Shown here: piece after piece, positions 23,632 to 34,629 of the stretch
Numbering within the stretch: the stretch's first letter is position 1
How the letters are laid out: every line of letters begins with the position of its first letter
From: an uncultured Eubacteriales bacterium
GTDB taxonomy: Bacteria; Acidobacteriota; Aminicenantia; Aminicenantales; Saccharicenantaceae
DNA: 64,000 nucleotides
Direction: 5' to 3'
Assembly (NCBI GenBank): GCA_964574895.1
Contig: CAZNPB010000004.1
Coordinates: forward strand, 11,468 to 75,467
Made by a program: the position numbers and the translations under genes
The notes under the pieces: model-generated
Database searches by the model: none
Told to the model about the DNA's origin: nothing
What the model saw: the letters and a program-made list of their open reading frames with translations, nothing else

Positions 23632-25553
23632 GTCCCTTCGGCGGCGGCCGTGACCCGCTCCAGGACGGCGGCGCCCTCGACGCGGCCCCGCAGGGCGGTC
23701 ATGACCAGGCCCATGAGGACGTGGGCCCGCTTGTCCGGGTTATGGACCTTCAGGGCCCGGAGGGCGGCGTTGGCCTCGACGACCCGGGCGTAGATCTCTT
23801 CCTCGGTGGCCGGCCGGACCTCGCCGGGCTCCGGCAGGGCCTCGCCGCGGGCCAGCCGCTCCATCAGGGCAAAGACCCCGTCGCGCGAGATGCGGCGATC
23901 CCGGTACAGGGCAAAGACGCGCCGCAGGGCCTCCTCCGTCAGCCGCGACGGATCGAGCCCTCCCGTCCGGAGGCGCTTGGGGAACTGGACCAGGGCCACG
24001 GCCGCGGCGGTCGGGGCGAGGCTCCAGTCCTTGACCAGCGTCTCGAACAGGCCGGCCCAACGGGAGACGGCCAGGGGCTCGACGACGTCGGCGGGCAGGC
24101 CGAGCTCGCGGTACCGGGCCTCGCGGGTCCAGATGGGGACGGGCAGGCTGCGGCGGATGCGCTCCAGGCGCCCCTCGGTGACCTGCTTGGGCGGCAGGTC
24201 GGTGTCCGGGTACATCCGGTCCGGCCCGGGCAGGATGCGCTCGAAGCCGTTGGTGCCGTCGCGCAGGGCCTGGCGCGTCTCGGACGGGACGCCGGCCGTC
24301 GCCTCGCGGGCCCGGATGACGATCTCCTGGACGGCCGTCTTGACGTCCCCCGCCGGGCCCCAGACGACGACCACGGTGTCGTCGGCGGCGGCGCGGACGG
24401 CCTTGCGGACCCGGTCCCAGCGCGAGCTCGACAGCGTCTCGGACAGGCTGTCGGAGTGGACGATGTTCGGCAGCTTGGTCAGGCAGGCCACGACCCGGAC
24501 CCGGTCGGAGATCTCGCGGGAGAAGCGGGTGTTGGTCTGGGTCGGCCAGCTCAGGAGGTCGCGGAAGCCGCGCAGGACGACCGCCGAGGCGACGGCGCCG
24601 GCCTCGAGGGCGTCGCGGATGGGCTGGTAGCTCGTCTTCTGGAGGATGCGGCTGACGTCCTCGGCCCCGGATCGGAACGTCTCGGGGGTCAGGCCGCGGC
24701 CGCGGAGCTCCTCGCGCAGGCGCAGTAGGTTCCACTGGCGCATGGCCTCGTGATAGGTCAGGAGCGGGATGCGCGGGATGCGCGGCACGCCCTTGATCTC
24801 GATCCGGGTGCCGCCGCGGACGCTGACGTTGACGTCCTCGCGGGCCGCCCCCAGGCCGGTCCGGACCCGGCCGGTGCTGCGGACCAGGCGCCGGAGGAGC
24901 TGGGCCACCTCGGCGACCTCGCGCGGCGTGCGCATGTCGGGCCCGGTCACGGTCTCGATGAGGGGCATGCCCAGGCGGTCGGTCAGGTAGACGCGGCGGT
25001 GGCCGACGTCGCTGACCTCCCGGCAGGCGTCCTCCTCGAGGCCCAGCTGGATGATGGCGACGCGGCGGTCCTTGTAGGGCACGGAGCCGTCGACGCCGAC
25101 GATGGTCGTCCGCTGGAAGCCGGTCGGGATGCTGCCGTCGAGGTACTGTTTGCGGGCGATGTGGAGCTCGTCGACCAGGTTCAGGCCGTAGAGCATGGCC
25201 ACGCCGAGGGCGATGTCGAGGGCCTCCTCGTCCATCATGAACGGCGGCGTGTCGTCCATCTCGTAGGTGCAGACCGTCTCCCGGTTGATCCGGTAGATGA
25301 TCTCCTTCCTGGTCTTGAACTCCATCAGGGCCGTGCCGTCGTACTCGCCGAGCTCGGACAGGGTCGGCCGCATGTGGCGGAGGATCTCGGCGTCGTAGGC
25401 GTCGCTGTAGCGGCCGGCCGGGCAGCGGCAGAACAGCTTCTTGGCGGTCAGGAGCTGCTGATGGATCTCGAGGCCCGAGCGGAAGCCGACCTCGGCGTAG
25501 TCCGCCTCGGTCATCTCGGCGAAGGGCTTGAACCGGAACCTGTATTCGCTCAT
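23625..25553 (-). CDS. gatE: Glu-tRNA(Gln) amidotransferase subunit E, archaeal type
   Basis: 642 aa. N-terminal GFRSGLEIHQQLLTAKKLFCRCP (GatB/E cradle). Long insertion and C-terminal helical tail as in GatE. Confidence 0.85.
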   Translation of the reverse strand: MSEYRFRFKPFAEMTEADYAEVGFRSGLEIHQQLLTAKKLFCRCPAGRYSDAYDAEILRHMRPTLSELGEYDGTALMEFKTRKEIIYRINRETVCTYEMDDTPPFMMDEEALDIALGVAMLYGLNLVDELHIARKQYLDGSIPTGFQRTTIVGVDGSVPYKDRRVAIIQLGLEEDACREVSDVGHRRVYLTDRLGMPLIETVTGPDMRTPREVAEVAQLLRRLVRSTGRVRTGLGAAREDVNVSVRGGTRIEIKGVPRIPRIPLLTYHEAMRQWNLLRLREELRGRGLTPETFRSGAEDVSRILQKTSYQPIRDALEAGAVASAVVLRGFRDLLSWPTQTNTRFSREISDRVRVVACLTKLPNIVHSDSLSETLSSSRWDRVRKAVRAAADDTVVVVWGPAGDVKTAVQEIVIRAREATAGVPSETRQALRDGTNGFERILPGPDRMYPDTDLPPKQVTEGRLERIRRSLPVPIWTREARYRELGLPADVVEPLAVSRWAGLFETLVKDWSLAPTAAAVALVQFPKRLRTGGLDPSRLTEEALRRVFALYRDRRISRDGVFALMERLARGEALPEPGEVRPATEEEIYARVVEANAALRALKVHNPDKRAHVLMGLVMTALRGRVEGAAVLERVTAAAEGTC

Positions 25554-25585
25554 GGATGTTCCCGCCCGCCACGGACAGGAGGGGC

Positions 25586-25594
25586 ATTATAGCA
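25586..25594 (-). promoter_or_regulatory. extended -10 (TGCTATAAT) for gatE-gatD
   Basis: Minus-strand TGCTATAAT about 30 nt upstream of ATG 25553. Confidence 0.5.
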
Positions 25595-25605
25595 CAAAAC
25601 CGGGG

Positions 25606-25633
25606 TTGATTTTTGGCCCCGGAAGTGTAGAAT
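25606..25633 (+). promoter_or_regulatory. hppA promoter (TTGATT-16-TAGAAT, TG-extended)
   Basis: TTGATT 25606-25611, TGTAGAAT ending at 25633. SD AAGGAGAAAGG before ATG 25710. Confidence 0.6.
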
Positions 25634-25709
25634 AGCGCTTCCCGAGGCCCCGAGGGAGCCGTCAAAGCCCCCGAACGGCCCCGTTCGTCGTTCAACTAAG
25701 GAGAAAGGC

Positions 25710-28037
<2,328 letters not shown>

Positions 28038-28044
28038 TCCTTAG

Positions 28045-28078
28045 GGGGACACGTGCCGCCGCGGTACGTGTCCCCTTT
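28045..28078 (+). terminator. hairpin terminator after hppA
   Basis: GGGGACACGT(GCCG)...(CGGT)ACGTGTCCCC stem of 10-14 bp followed by TTT. It shares the GGGGACAC stem motif with the family-2 elements. Confidence 0.55.
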
Positions 28079-28221
28079 CGACTCCCCTTTCGCCCCCCCT
28101 TGCCGAAGAGCCGAAGAAGCAGCCGCGCCGGACTCCGGGTCCTCGAGGTTAGGGGCGCTTGGCCCGTATCTTGCATTCTTCCGAAGCGTACGTCATCGCT
28201 CGAGACCGATGGAGGACCATC

Positions 28222-28464
28222 GTGGACGAACTTCCGGAAATCACTTCCGCCGAGCTCGCGGAGCACGACGGGCGCGGCGGCCGCCGCGCCTACATCGCTC
28301 ATGAGGGCAAGGTTTACGACGTCACGGACAGCGGCTACTGGGCGGACGGGGATCATTTGGGCGCCCACCGGGCCGGCGCGGACCTGACCGCTGAGCTCGC
28401 CGCCGCGCCGCACGGCTCCGACCACCTCGACAATGTGAAGCTCGTCGGCAGGCTCGCGGCGTGA
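28222..28464 (+). CDS. cytochrome b5-like heme/steroid-binding domain protein
   Basis: ORF track 28159..28464, trimmed to GTG 28222 (SD GGAGGA 5 nt upstream). 80 aa. LAEHDGRGGRRAYIAHEGKVYDVT...H motif pattern. Confidence 0.7.
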   Translation: MDELPEITSAELAEHDGRGGRRAYIAHEGKVYDVTDSGYWADGDHLGAHRAGADLTAELAAAPHGSDHLDNVKLVGRLAA

Positions 28465-28535
28465 TCTGAGCGCAGCGCCGCCTCGTCCGGCGCGGGGTCC
28501 TCGCGGCAGGCCTCGTAGATGTGGGATTCCTTGCC

Positions 28536-28565
28536 TTGACAACTCCCCGCCTCCCCCATTATCGT
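28536..28565 (+). promoter_or_regulatory. candidate promoter (TTGACA-18-TATCGT)
   Basis: TTGACA 28536-28541, TATCGT 28560-28565. The 14-mer CTTGACAACTCCCC also occurs at 11373-11386. Confidence 0.4.
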
Positions 28566-28590
28566 CCCCATGGTCCGGAGGAGAAGACAC

Positions 28591-31500
28591 ATGAAGATCC
28601 TGACGCCCGCCGCGCTCGCCGCCGGCCTGGCCTTATCCGTCCTTCCCCTGGCGTCGGCCGCGGCCCTCGGCGACGCCGGCCAGACGACGATGTCGGGCCC
28701 GGGCAGCTGGGACCCTGAATCGGGGCTGGGGAACCATCGGGTCGTCGTCCGGGTCGAAGCGCCGCAACCGCCGGACGCCCCCGGCGTCCCGAATTCCGCC
28801 AGGGCCTCCGGACGGCCCGGGAAAGCGGTCGGACCGGCGCTGCCGCCGGCCGCGCGGGTGCGCATCGATTGGCGGCGCCGGGACCTCGAGCCGGAGAAGA
28901 AGAACGTTCTCGTCGTCGACGCGGCGACGGGCCGGCGCGTTCCGCTGATCCTGCCCCTGCGGCTGGACCGGGAAGCGGGGGAATTCCTGTTCCGGCCCCC
29001 GACCGTGCCGGGCGACTATTACTTCTACTATATGCCCTACAAGTCCGAGGGCCGCAAGAACTACCCCAGCGTCAAGTACGATCCGCCGTCCTGGACCGCG
29101 GACCCCGGGTTGGCCGCCCGCCGAACGGGATTGAGCTCGGGCGACGCCGCCGCGGCCGCCCAAGCTTCGGCGGGCCTGCTCGAAGCGAAGGCCGTGGCCT
29201 TCGAGTCGGCCGACGCCTTCAGCGCCTTCACGCCCATGGAACGGATCGCCACCGCGGCCGAGACGAAGGCGCTCCTGGACGCCCACCCCGGCGCGGCCTA
29301 TCTGCTCTTTCCCGAGGACCGGTCGCTGTCGGTCCGCATGACGGACGACCTGCCGGAGCGCTGGGCGGCGGCCGGGCCGGCCGGGGCGTTCGCAGGCCGG
29401 GCCGCCCGCGGCGAGTATTTCACCTTCCAGATCGGCGTCTGGGCGGCCCGCCGGGCCCTGGCCGACCTCGAGGTGCGCTTTTCCGACCTGGTCCGGGCGG
29501 ACGGCCCCTCCCCCGACGGCGCGACGCCCGCCGCGGCGGCCATCCCGGCCCGGGACCTGACCTGCTTCAACAAGGGCGGCGTCGGCTGGGACGGCGCTTC
29601 TTTCGCCAAGGCCCTGCCGGTCGAAGAGGGCCGCATCCAGGCCCTCTGGTGCGGCGTCCCCGTGCCGCGCGACATCCGCCCCGGCCTGTTGCGGGGCACG
29701 GTCACGGTGGCCCCGGCCGGCCTGCCGGAGACCGTCCTGGCCGTCGAGCTGACCGTGACCGGCGAGACCCTCGACGACGCCGGCGACGGCGAGCCCGCCC
29801 GGATGACCCGGCTGCGCTGGCTCGATTCGACGCTGGCCCAGGACGAGGGGATCGTCCCGCCCTACACGCCCCTGACGGTCGAGCGCTTCACCGTCGGCTG
29901 TCTCGGCCGCACGCTGGCCATCGGCCGCGACGGCTTCCCGGCCCGCATCCGCAGCTCCTTCGCCCCCGAGATGACCCGTCTCCAGGCCCGGCCCGTCGAC
30001 GTGACGGCCGGACCGATCCGGCTTCGCGTCCTCGACGAGAACGGCCGCGGCCACGACTGGCAGCCGAGCCAGACCGGGCCGCGGCTGGCCCGGCGCGGTC
30101 CCGGCGCGGTCGTCTGGGAGGCCGACAACTGCAACGGCGACTTCCTGATGCGGGTCGAGGCCCGGATGGAGTTCGACGGCTTCGTCGACTACAAGGTCGC
30201 CCTGACGGCCCGGCGCGACATCGCCGTGTCGGACATCCGGCTCGAGGTCCCCTGGGCCGCGGCCAGCGCGGAGTACATGATGGGCCTCGGCTTCAAGGGC
30301 GGGCGCCGGCCCGCCTCCTTCGACTGGGCCTGGGACCGGAAAAAGAACCAGGACGCCCTATGGATCGGGACGGTCAACGCCGGGCTGCAGGTCGGACTGC
30401 GGGCCGAGAACTACTCGCGGCCGCTGAACACCAACTTCTACCTGTCCAAGCCGCTCCACATGCCGCCGTCCTGGTGGAACGAGGGCCGGGGCATGGTGAC
30501 GGTCCGGACTGCGGCGTCGCGGACCGAGGACGGCGCCGCGCCGGGGACGGTCGTCCTGGCCGCCGCCTCGGGGCCGCGCAGGCTCCGGAACGGCCAGGCG
30601 CTGCACTTCGATTTCACCCTGCTCATCACCCCGTTCAAGCCCATCGTCCCCGAGGCCCATTTCCGGGAGCGCTATTTCCACGCCTTCGAGCCGCTCGACA
30701 AGGTCGCGGCGGCCGGGGCCAACGTCGTCAACGTCCATCACGCCAACGCCGTCAATCCCTACATCAACTACCCCTTCCTGCGCCCGGCCGAGATGAAGGC
30801 CTACATCGACGACGCCCACCGGCGCGGCTTCAAGGTCAAGATCTACGACACCGTGCGCGAGCTGTCGAACCGGGCCCCCGAGCTCTTCGCCCTGCGCAGC
30901 CTGGGGCGCGAGATCTTCACGACCGGGCCGGGCGGCGGCTATTCCTGGCTCCAGGAGCACCTCGGCGGCGACTACATCGCGGCCTGGTTCGTGCCCGAGC
31001 TCAAGGACGCCGCGGTCATCAACAGCGGCATGTCGCGTTGGCACAACTACTACGTCGAGGGCCTCGACTGGCTGGCCAAGAACGTCGGCCTCGACGGGCT
31101 GTACCTGGACGACGTGGCCTTCGACCGGACGACCATGAAGCGCGTCCGCAAGGTCCTGGCCCGCGACCGGCCCGGGGCCCTCATCGACCTCCACAGCGCC
31201 AACCAGTACAACGTCCGCGACGGCTTCGCCTCGAGCGCCAACCTCTACCTCGAGCACTTCCCGTTCCTCGACCGGCTCTGGTTCGGCGAGTACTTCGACT
31301 ACAACGGCAGCGGCCCGGACTACTGGCTGGTCGAGATGTCGGGGCTGCCGTTCGGGGTCATGGGCGAGATGCTCCAGGACGGCGGCAACCCCTGGCGCGG
31401 CCTGGTCTTCGGCATGACGGCGCGTCTGCCCTGGGCCGGCGACCCGCGGCCGCTCTGGCGGGCCTGGGACGAGTTCGGCATCACGGAGAGCGAAATGATC

Positions 31501-31824
31501 GGCTGGTGGGCGCCCGCGAACCCGGTCCGGACGGGACGGGACGACGTCCTGGCGACGAGCTTCGTCCGGCGCGGCCGGAGCGGCGACAAGCCGGCGCCGG
31601 CGGCCGGCGGCGGCGGGAAGGCGACCATGGTCGCCGTCGCGTCGTGGGCCAAGGAGCCCGTCGACGTCCGGCTGACGATCGACTGGAAGGCGCTCGGCCT
31701 GGATCCGAAAAGGGCCCGCTTGCGCGCCCCGGCCGTCGACAAGTTCCAGGACGCCGCCGAGTTCGCTCCCGGCGATCCCATCCGCGTCGAGCCCGGCCGC
31801 GGCCGTCTGCTCATCATCCGCTGA
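28591..31824 (+). CDS. secreted glycoside-hydrolase-like protein (GH123/DUF4091-like; family tentative)
   Basis: ORF track 28570..31824, trimmed to ATG 28591 (SD GGAGGAG). Signal peptide. C-terminal TIM-barrel-like region ...GFKVKIYDTVRELS...GLDGLYLDDVAFD... Confidence 0.8.
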   Translation: MKILTPAALAAGLALSVLPLASAAALGDAGQTTMSGPGSWDPESGLGNHRVVVRVEAPQPPDAPGVPNSARASGRPGKAVGPALPPAARVRIDWRRRDLEPEKKNVLVVDAATGRRVPLILPLRLDREAGEFLFRPPTVPGDYYFYYMPYKSEGRKNYPSVKYDPPSWTADPGLAARRTGLSSGDAAAAAQASAGLLEAKAVAFESADAFSAFTPMERIATAAETKALLDAHPGAAYLLFPEDRSLSVRMTDDLPERWAAAGPAGAFAGRAARGEYFTFQIGVWAARRALADLEVRFSDLVRADGPSPDGATPAAAAIPARDLTCFNKGGVGWDGASFAKALPVEEGRIQALWCGVPVPRDIRPGLLRGTVTVAPAGLPETVLAVELTVTGETLDDAGDGEPARMTRLRWLDSTLAQDEGIVPPYTPLTVERFTVGCLGRTLAIGRDGFPARIRSSFAPEMTRLQARPVDVTAGPIRLRVLDENGRGHDWQPSQTGPRLARRGPGAVVWEADNCNGDFLMRVEARMEFDGFVDYKVALTARRDIAVSDIRLEVPWAAASAEYMMGLGFKGGRRPASFDWAWDRKKNQDALWIGTVNAGLQVGLRAENYSRPLNTNFYLSKPLHMPPSWWNEGRGMVTVRTAASRTEDGAAPGTVVLAAASGPRRLRNGQALHFDFTLLITPFKPIVPEAHFRERYFHAFEPLDKVAAAGANVVNVHHANAVNPYINYPFLRPAEMKAYIDDAHRRGFKVKIYDTVRELSNRAPELFALRSLGREIFTTGPGGGYSWLQEHLGGDYIAAWFVPELKDAAVINSGMSRWHNYYVEGLDWLAKNVGLDGLYLDDVAFDRTTMKRVRKVLARDRPGALIDLHSANQYNVRDGFASSANLYLEHFPFLDRLWFGEYFDYNGSGPDYWLVEMSGLPFGVMGEMLQDGGNPWRGLVFGMTARLPWAGDPRPLWRAWDEFGITESEMIGWWAPANPVRTGRDDVLATSFVRRGRSGDKPAPAAGGGGKATMVAVASWAKEPVDVRLTIDWKALGLDPKRARLRAPAVDKFQDAAEFAPGDPIRVEPGRGRLLIIR

Positions 31825-31825
31825 A

Positions 31826-31853
31826 GATGGGGGACACAATACTGTGTCCCCAC
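31826..31853. repeat. family-2 solo arm / bidirectional terminator hairpin
   Basis: GATGGGGGACACAATAC matches the first 17 nt of 51967-52072. 9-bp stem GGGGACACA/TGTGTCCCC with loop ATAC, then ACTTTCTTC. It lies between convergent genes. Confidence 0.7.
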
Positions 31854-31881
31854 TTTCTTCGGCGGACCGGAGGCGGCGGCC

Positions 31882-33042
31882 CTATCTGTCCGCGGCAGTT
31901 TCCGGGACCAGACGGAAGCGCTTGACCACCAGGAACTCGTCCTCCCGGCGGACGATGCTGTACGCCAGCTCGCCGCGGACGAGATGGAGCGATTCCGGCA
32001 CCCGGACCTGCCGCAGGTAGAGGCCCTCGGGCGAGAAGACGTCGAAGACGTGGTCCTTGATCCCCTCCTCGACATACTGTTCCAGCCACAGGTTCCCCTC
32101 GGTGTCGAAGAACTTCCGCCAGTCGGAGAAGGCCGGATAGAACTCGGGGTGGGGCCCATCGGGTTTGTATTCGGGATGGCGGAGCGGGGTGAATTCCCGC
32201 CCGAACCGGAGCACGGGCCGCCAGTCCGGATCGTAGACGGTCAGGAGATAGTCCTTGTTGAAGCCCAGGTAGACCCGGTCGCCGGGACCGAGGAGCCAGA
32301 CGGTCTTGGGCGATTCGCGCGAACCCATGCTCACGACCCCTTCCTGCCCGCCGACCTTCATCATCCTCATAAGCATCATCCCGTTGGGATACTCGCCCAG
32401 GGCGGCCCGTTCGGTCCAGTTCTCGTCGGTCCGGAACAAGGCCATCCGGTTCTGCAGCCTCTCGTAGGCCTCGCCCAGCCGGGGCTCCGGCGTCAGGTCC
32501 CGGCTGTAATAGACCCGTTGCCGCGAATCGACGCCGAAGCCGCCGCAGAAGCCGTCCAGCCGGAAGCTCGAGAGGTAGGTCCCGTCGCGGGCCAGGATGA
32601 CGATCTGATGCTGCCGCCCGGAGAGCAGGAAGAGCCGGCCGTCGGCCGCGAGCGCGAAATAGGCCGGGGTGTCGAACTCGCCCGGGCCCTGGCCCTGCTT
32701 GCCGAATTTCCGCAGGAGCCGGCCGTCGGGGGCGAAGACCTTGATGTCGACATCGCCCCAGTCCATGACGTAGATGTTCCCCTGCTCGTCGACCGCCAGG
32801 GATTGCGGGCGGTTGAGGACGGACTCGGCCCCGCCGGCTTCGCCGCCGATGGTCAATTCCTCCGCAAGGGCATACCGGACGACGCCCTCCCTGGCATAGG
32901 CCGGATTGAGGACGGTCCGGACGCCCTCCACGGTCTCGATCCTGACGGGGTACGCGGCCGCGGCGGGAGCCTTGTCTTTCCCGCAGGCGCCGGCCGCCAG
33001 GACGAGGCCGATGACGGCGAGCAGGGCGGAGATCTTCTTCAT
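31882..33042 (-). CDS. 6-bladed beta-propeller (NHL-like) lipoprotein
   Basis: 386 aa. Lipobox LAAGAC. Repeated G..G.F..P pattern (GQGPGEFDTPAYF...). Confidence 0.8.
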   Translation of the reverse strand: MKKISALLAVIGLVLAAGACGKDKAPAAAAYPVRIETVEGVRTVLNPAYAREGVVRYALAEELTIGGEAGGAESVLNRPQSLAVDEQGNIYVMDWGDVDIKVFAPDGRLLRKFGKQGQGPGEFDTPAYFALAADGRLFLLSGRQHQIVILARDGTYLSSFRLDGFCGGFGVDSRQRVYYSRDLTPEPRLGEAYERLQNRMALFRTDENWTERAALGEYPNGMMLMRMMKVGGQEGVVSMGSRESPKTVWLLGPGDRVYLGFNKDYLLTVYDPDWRPVLRFGREFTPLRHPEYKPDGPHPEFYPAFSDWRKFFDTEGNLWLEQYVEEGIKDHVFDVFSPEGLYLRQVRVPESLHLVRGELAYSIVRREDEFLVVKRFRLVPETAADR

Positions 33043-33175
33043 GACCGTTCCTTTCAGGCCGGACGATCGGCCCGGGCCGGGCGCTGGCCGCGAACACGCC
33101 GGCGGGACGCGCTCAGACAGAGTATACGCCGGAGCCGGCGCGAATATTCCCCTTCCCCCTGACGGGCCGCCGGAC

Positions 33176-34621
33176 CTAGGCCCCGTGCCGTCCGCGGAGC
33201 CGTTCCAGGATCTCGCGGAACGCCGCCGTGCCCCGGATCGGGTCCAGGTCCTTGTCGGTCTCCAGGGCGTCCAGGCCGGCGAATCCTCCGTCCACCGCCA
33301 TCGTCAAGTGCCGCAGGGCCAGCTTCTTGTCGCCGGCCCGGGCCGCCACGCAGGCCCGGTCGAAATGAAGCCCGCCCGCCAGGGGGAGGTCTTCTTCGCA
33401 GGCGGCCAGGGCCAGGTCGAAATAGGCGCCGCAGAGGATCATGTCGCCTTGGCCGTACAGCGCCGAGGCCCGGGCCCGCGCCGCATAGCTGAGGCCGAAC
33501 AAGAGCCGGGAGGCCAGGGCGCGGTCCTCGATCGCGGCCTTCCCCTTCGCCTCCTTCTTCAGGACGGATATCCCCGTCGCCCGGAGGACCTTCGCCACCG
33601 CCCTCGGGCCGCCCGTTTCAGGGTCCTCGATGGCGGCCAAAACGCGAGCGGACCTGTGCCGGAATTCCTCCTCCTCCTTATCCCTTTTCCGCTCGGCGTC
33701 GAGGAAACGGCCGTATTCCTTTCCGGCTTTGAGCTCCGCGAGGCGCCCGTCCAGGCCCGCCAAGGCCGGCAGGTCCAGGTCCAGCCCGGCGGCCAGCCCG
33801 GCCGCGGCTTCGAGCCGGCCGGCCGCCCAGTAGAAGCGGCCCGCGGCTTCGAGCGCCCGGGCCTCGGCGAGGTCCCGGCCTATCATCGAGGCCGCGGCCT
33901 CCCGGTCGGCCGGCCGAAGCCCTTGTTTCATGGCCATGATCTCCATCCAGGCCATGGCCAGGGCGCACGACGCGGGGTCCGGCCAGGCGTGCGGTCCGTC
34001 GAAATAGTGGAACCGATGCGGCGGGCCGCCGGCGTCGAGGGCCCGATCGAGCCCCTTCATCTCGACGTAGTTGAAATCCCTTAAGCCCGCCAACCCGAAG
34101 TAAGCCGACGCCCCCAGGGCCTGCGGTCCGACCCCCTCGGCCAGGCCGGCGCCGCAGCCGATGATGCCGGCGATCGGCCGGCCGATGAGGCGGGAGAAGG
34201 CCGACGCGACCCGGGCCCCGCCGGAAAATCCGGCCGCGTAAACCCTTTTCGCGTCGACCGGCAGCCGGGCCGCCAGATCGGCCCAGAGGGCGGCCGCCGC
34301 CAACCCGTTCTCCCGGAACGGGCCGTTGCGCGAATCGTTCGAGCCGGCCAGGACCCAGCCGTATTCTTCGGCGGCGGCCCGGAACGCCTCGATCGCGACC
34401 GGCCCCCGGGCGGCCGGGTCGAAGAGGATGAGGACAGGCCAGGTCTTGCGGGGATCGAAAGCGGACGGGAGGTAGAGCGCATAGGTCCGGGCCGGATCGG
34501 CAAGGCAGGCGACCTTCTCGACCACCCGGCCGGGCGCGGAGCCCTGGGCCCGGGAGGGACGCGCGGAGAGGACCGGCAGGACGGCCAGACAGGCGGCCAG
34601 AAGGATACTGCGGCCTCTCAT
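33176..34621 (-). CDS. secreted alpha/beta-hydrolase (esterase) with TPR-like C-terminal region
   Basis: ORF track 33176..34705, trimmed to ATG 34621 (SD AAGGAG). Signal peptide. GFSGG nucleophile elbow. Confidence 0.75.
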   Translation of the reverse strand: MRGRSILLAACLAVLPVLSARPSRAQGSAPGRVVEKVACLADPARTYALYLPSAFDPRKTWPVLILFDPAARGPVAIEAFRAAAEEYGWVLAGSNDSRNGPFRENGLAAAALWADLAARLPVDAKRVYAAGFSGGARVASAFSRLIGRPIAGIIGCGAGLAEGVGPQALGASAYFGLAGLRDFNYVEMKGLDRALDAGGPPHRFHYFDGPHAWPDPASCALAMAWMEIMAMKQGLRPADREAAASMIGRDLAEARALEAAGRFYWAAGRLEAAAGLAAGLDLDLPALAGLDGRLAELKAGKEYGRFLDAERKRDKEEEEFRHRSARVLAAIEDPETGGPRAVAKVLRATGISVLKKEAKGKAAIEDRALASRLLFGLSYAARARASALYGQGDMILCGAYFDLALAACEEDLPLAGGLHFDRACVAARAGDKKLALRHLTMAVDGGFAGLDALETDKDLDPIRGTAAFREILERLRGRHGA

Positions 34622-34629
34622 GTTCTCCT

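Noticed and set aside
22237-25553. The GatDE genes as archaeal contamination or a chimeric assembly.
   Set aside because: The sequence is continuous with bacterial genes on both sides: the stop codon abuts that of the barrel gene, and a divergent promoter region is shared with hppA. GC3 style and promoter type match the neighbours. Read-level evidence is still worth checking.
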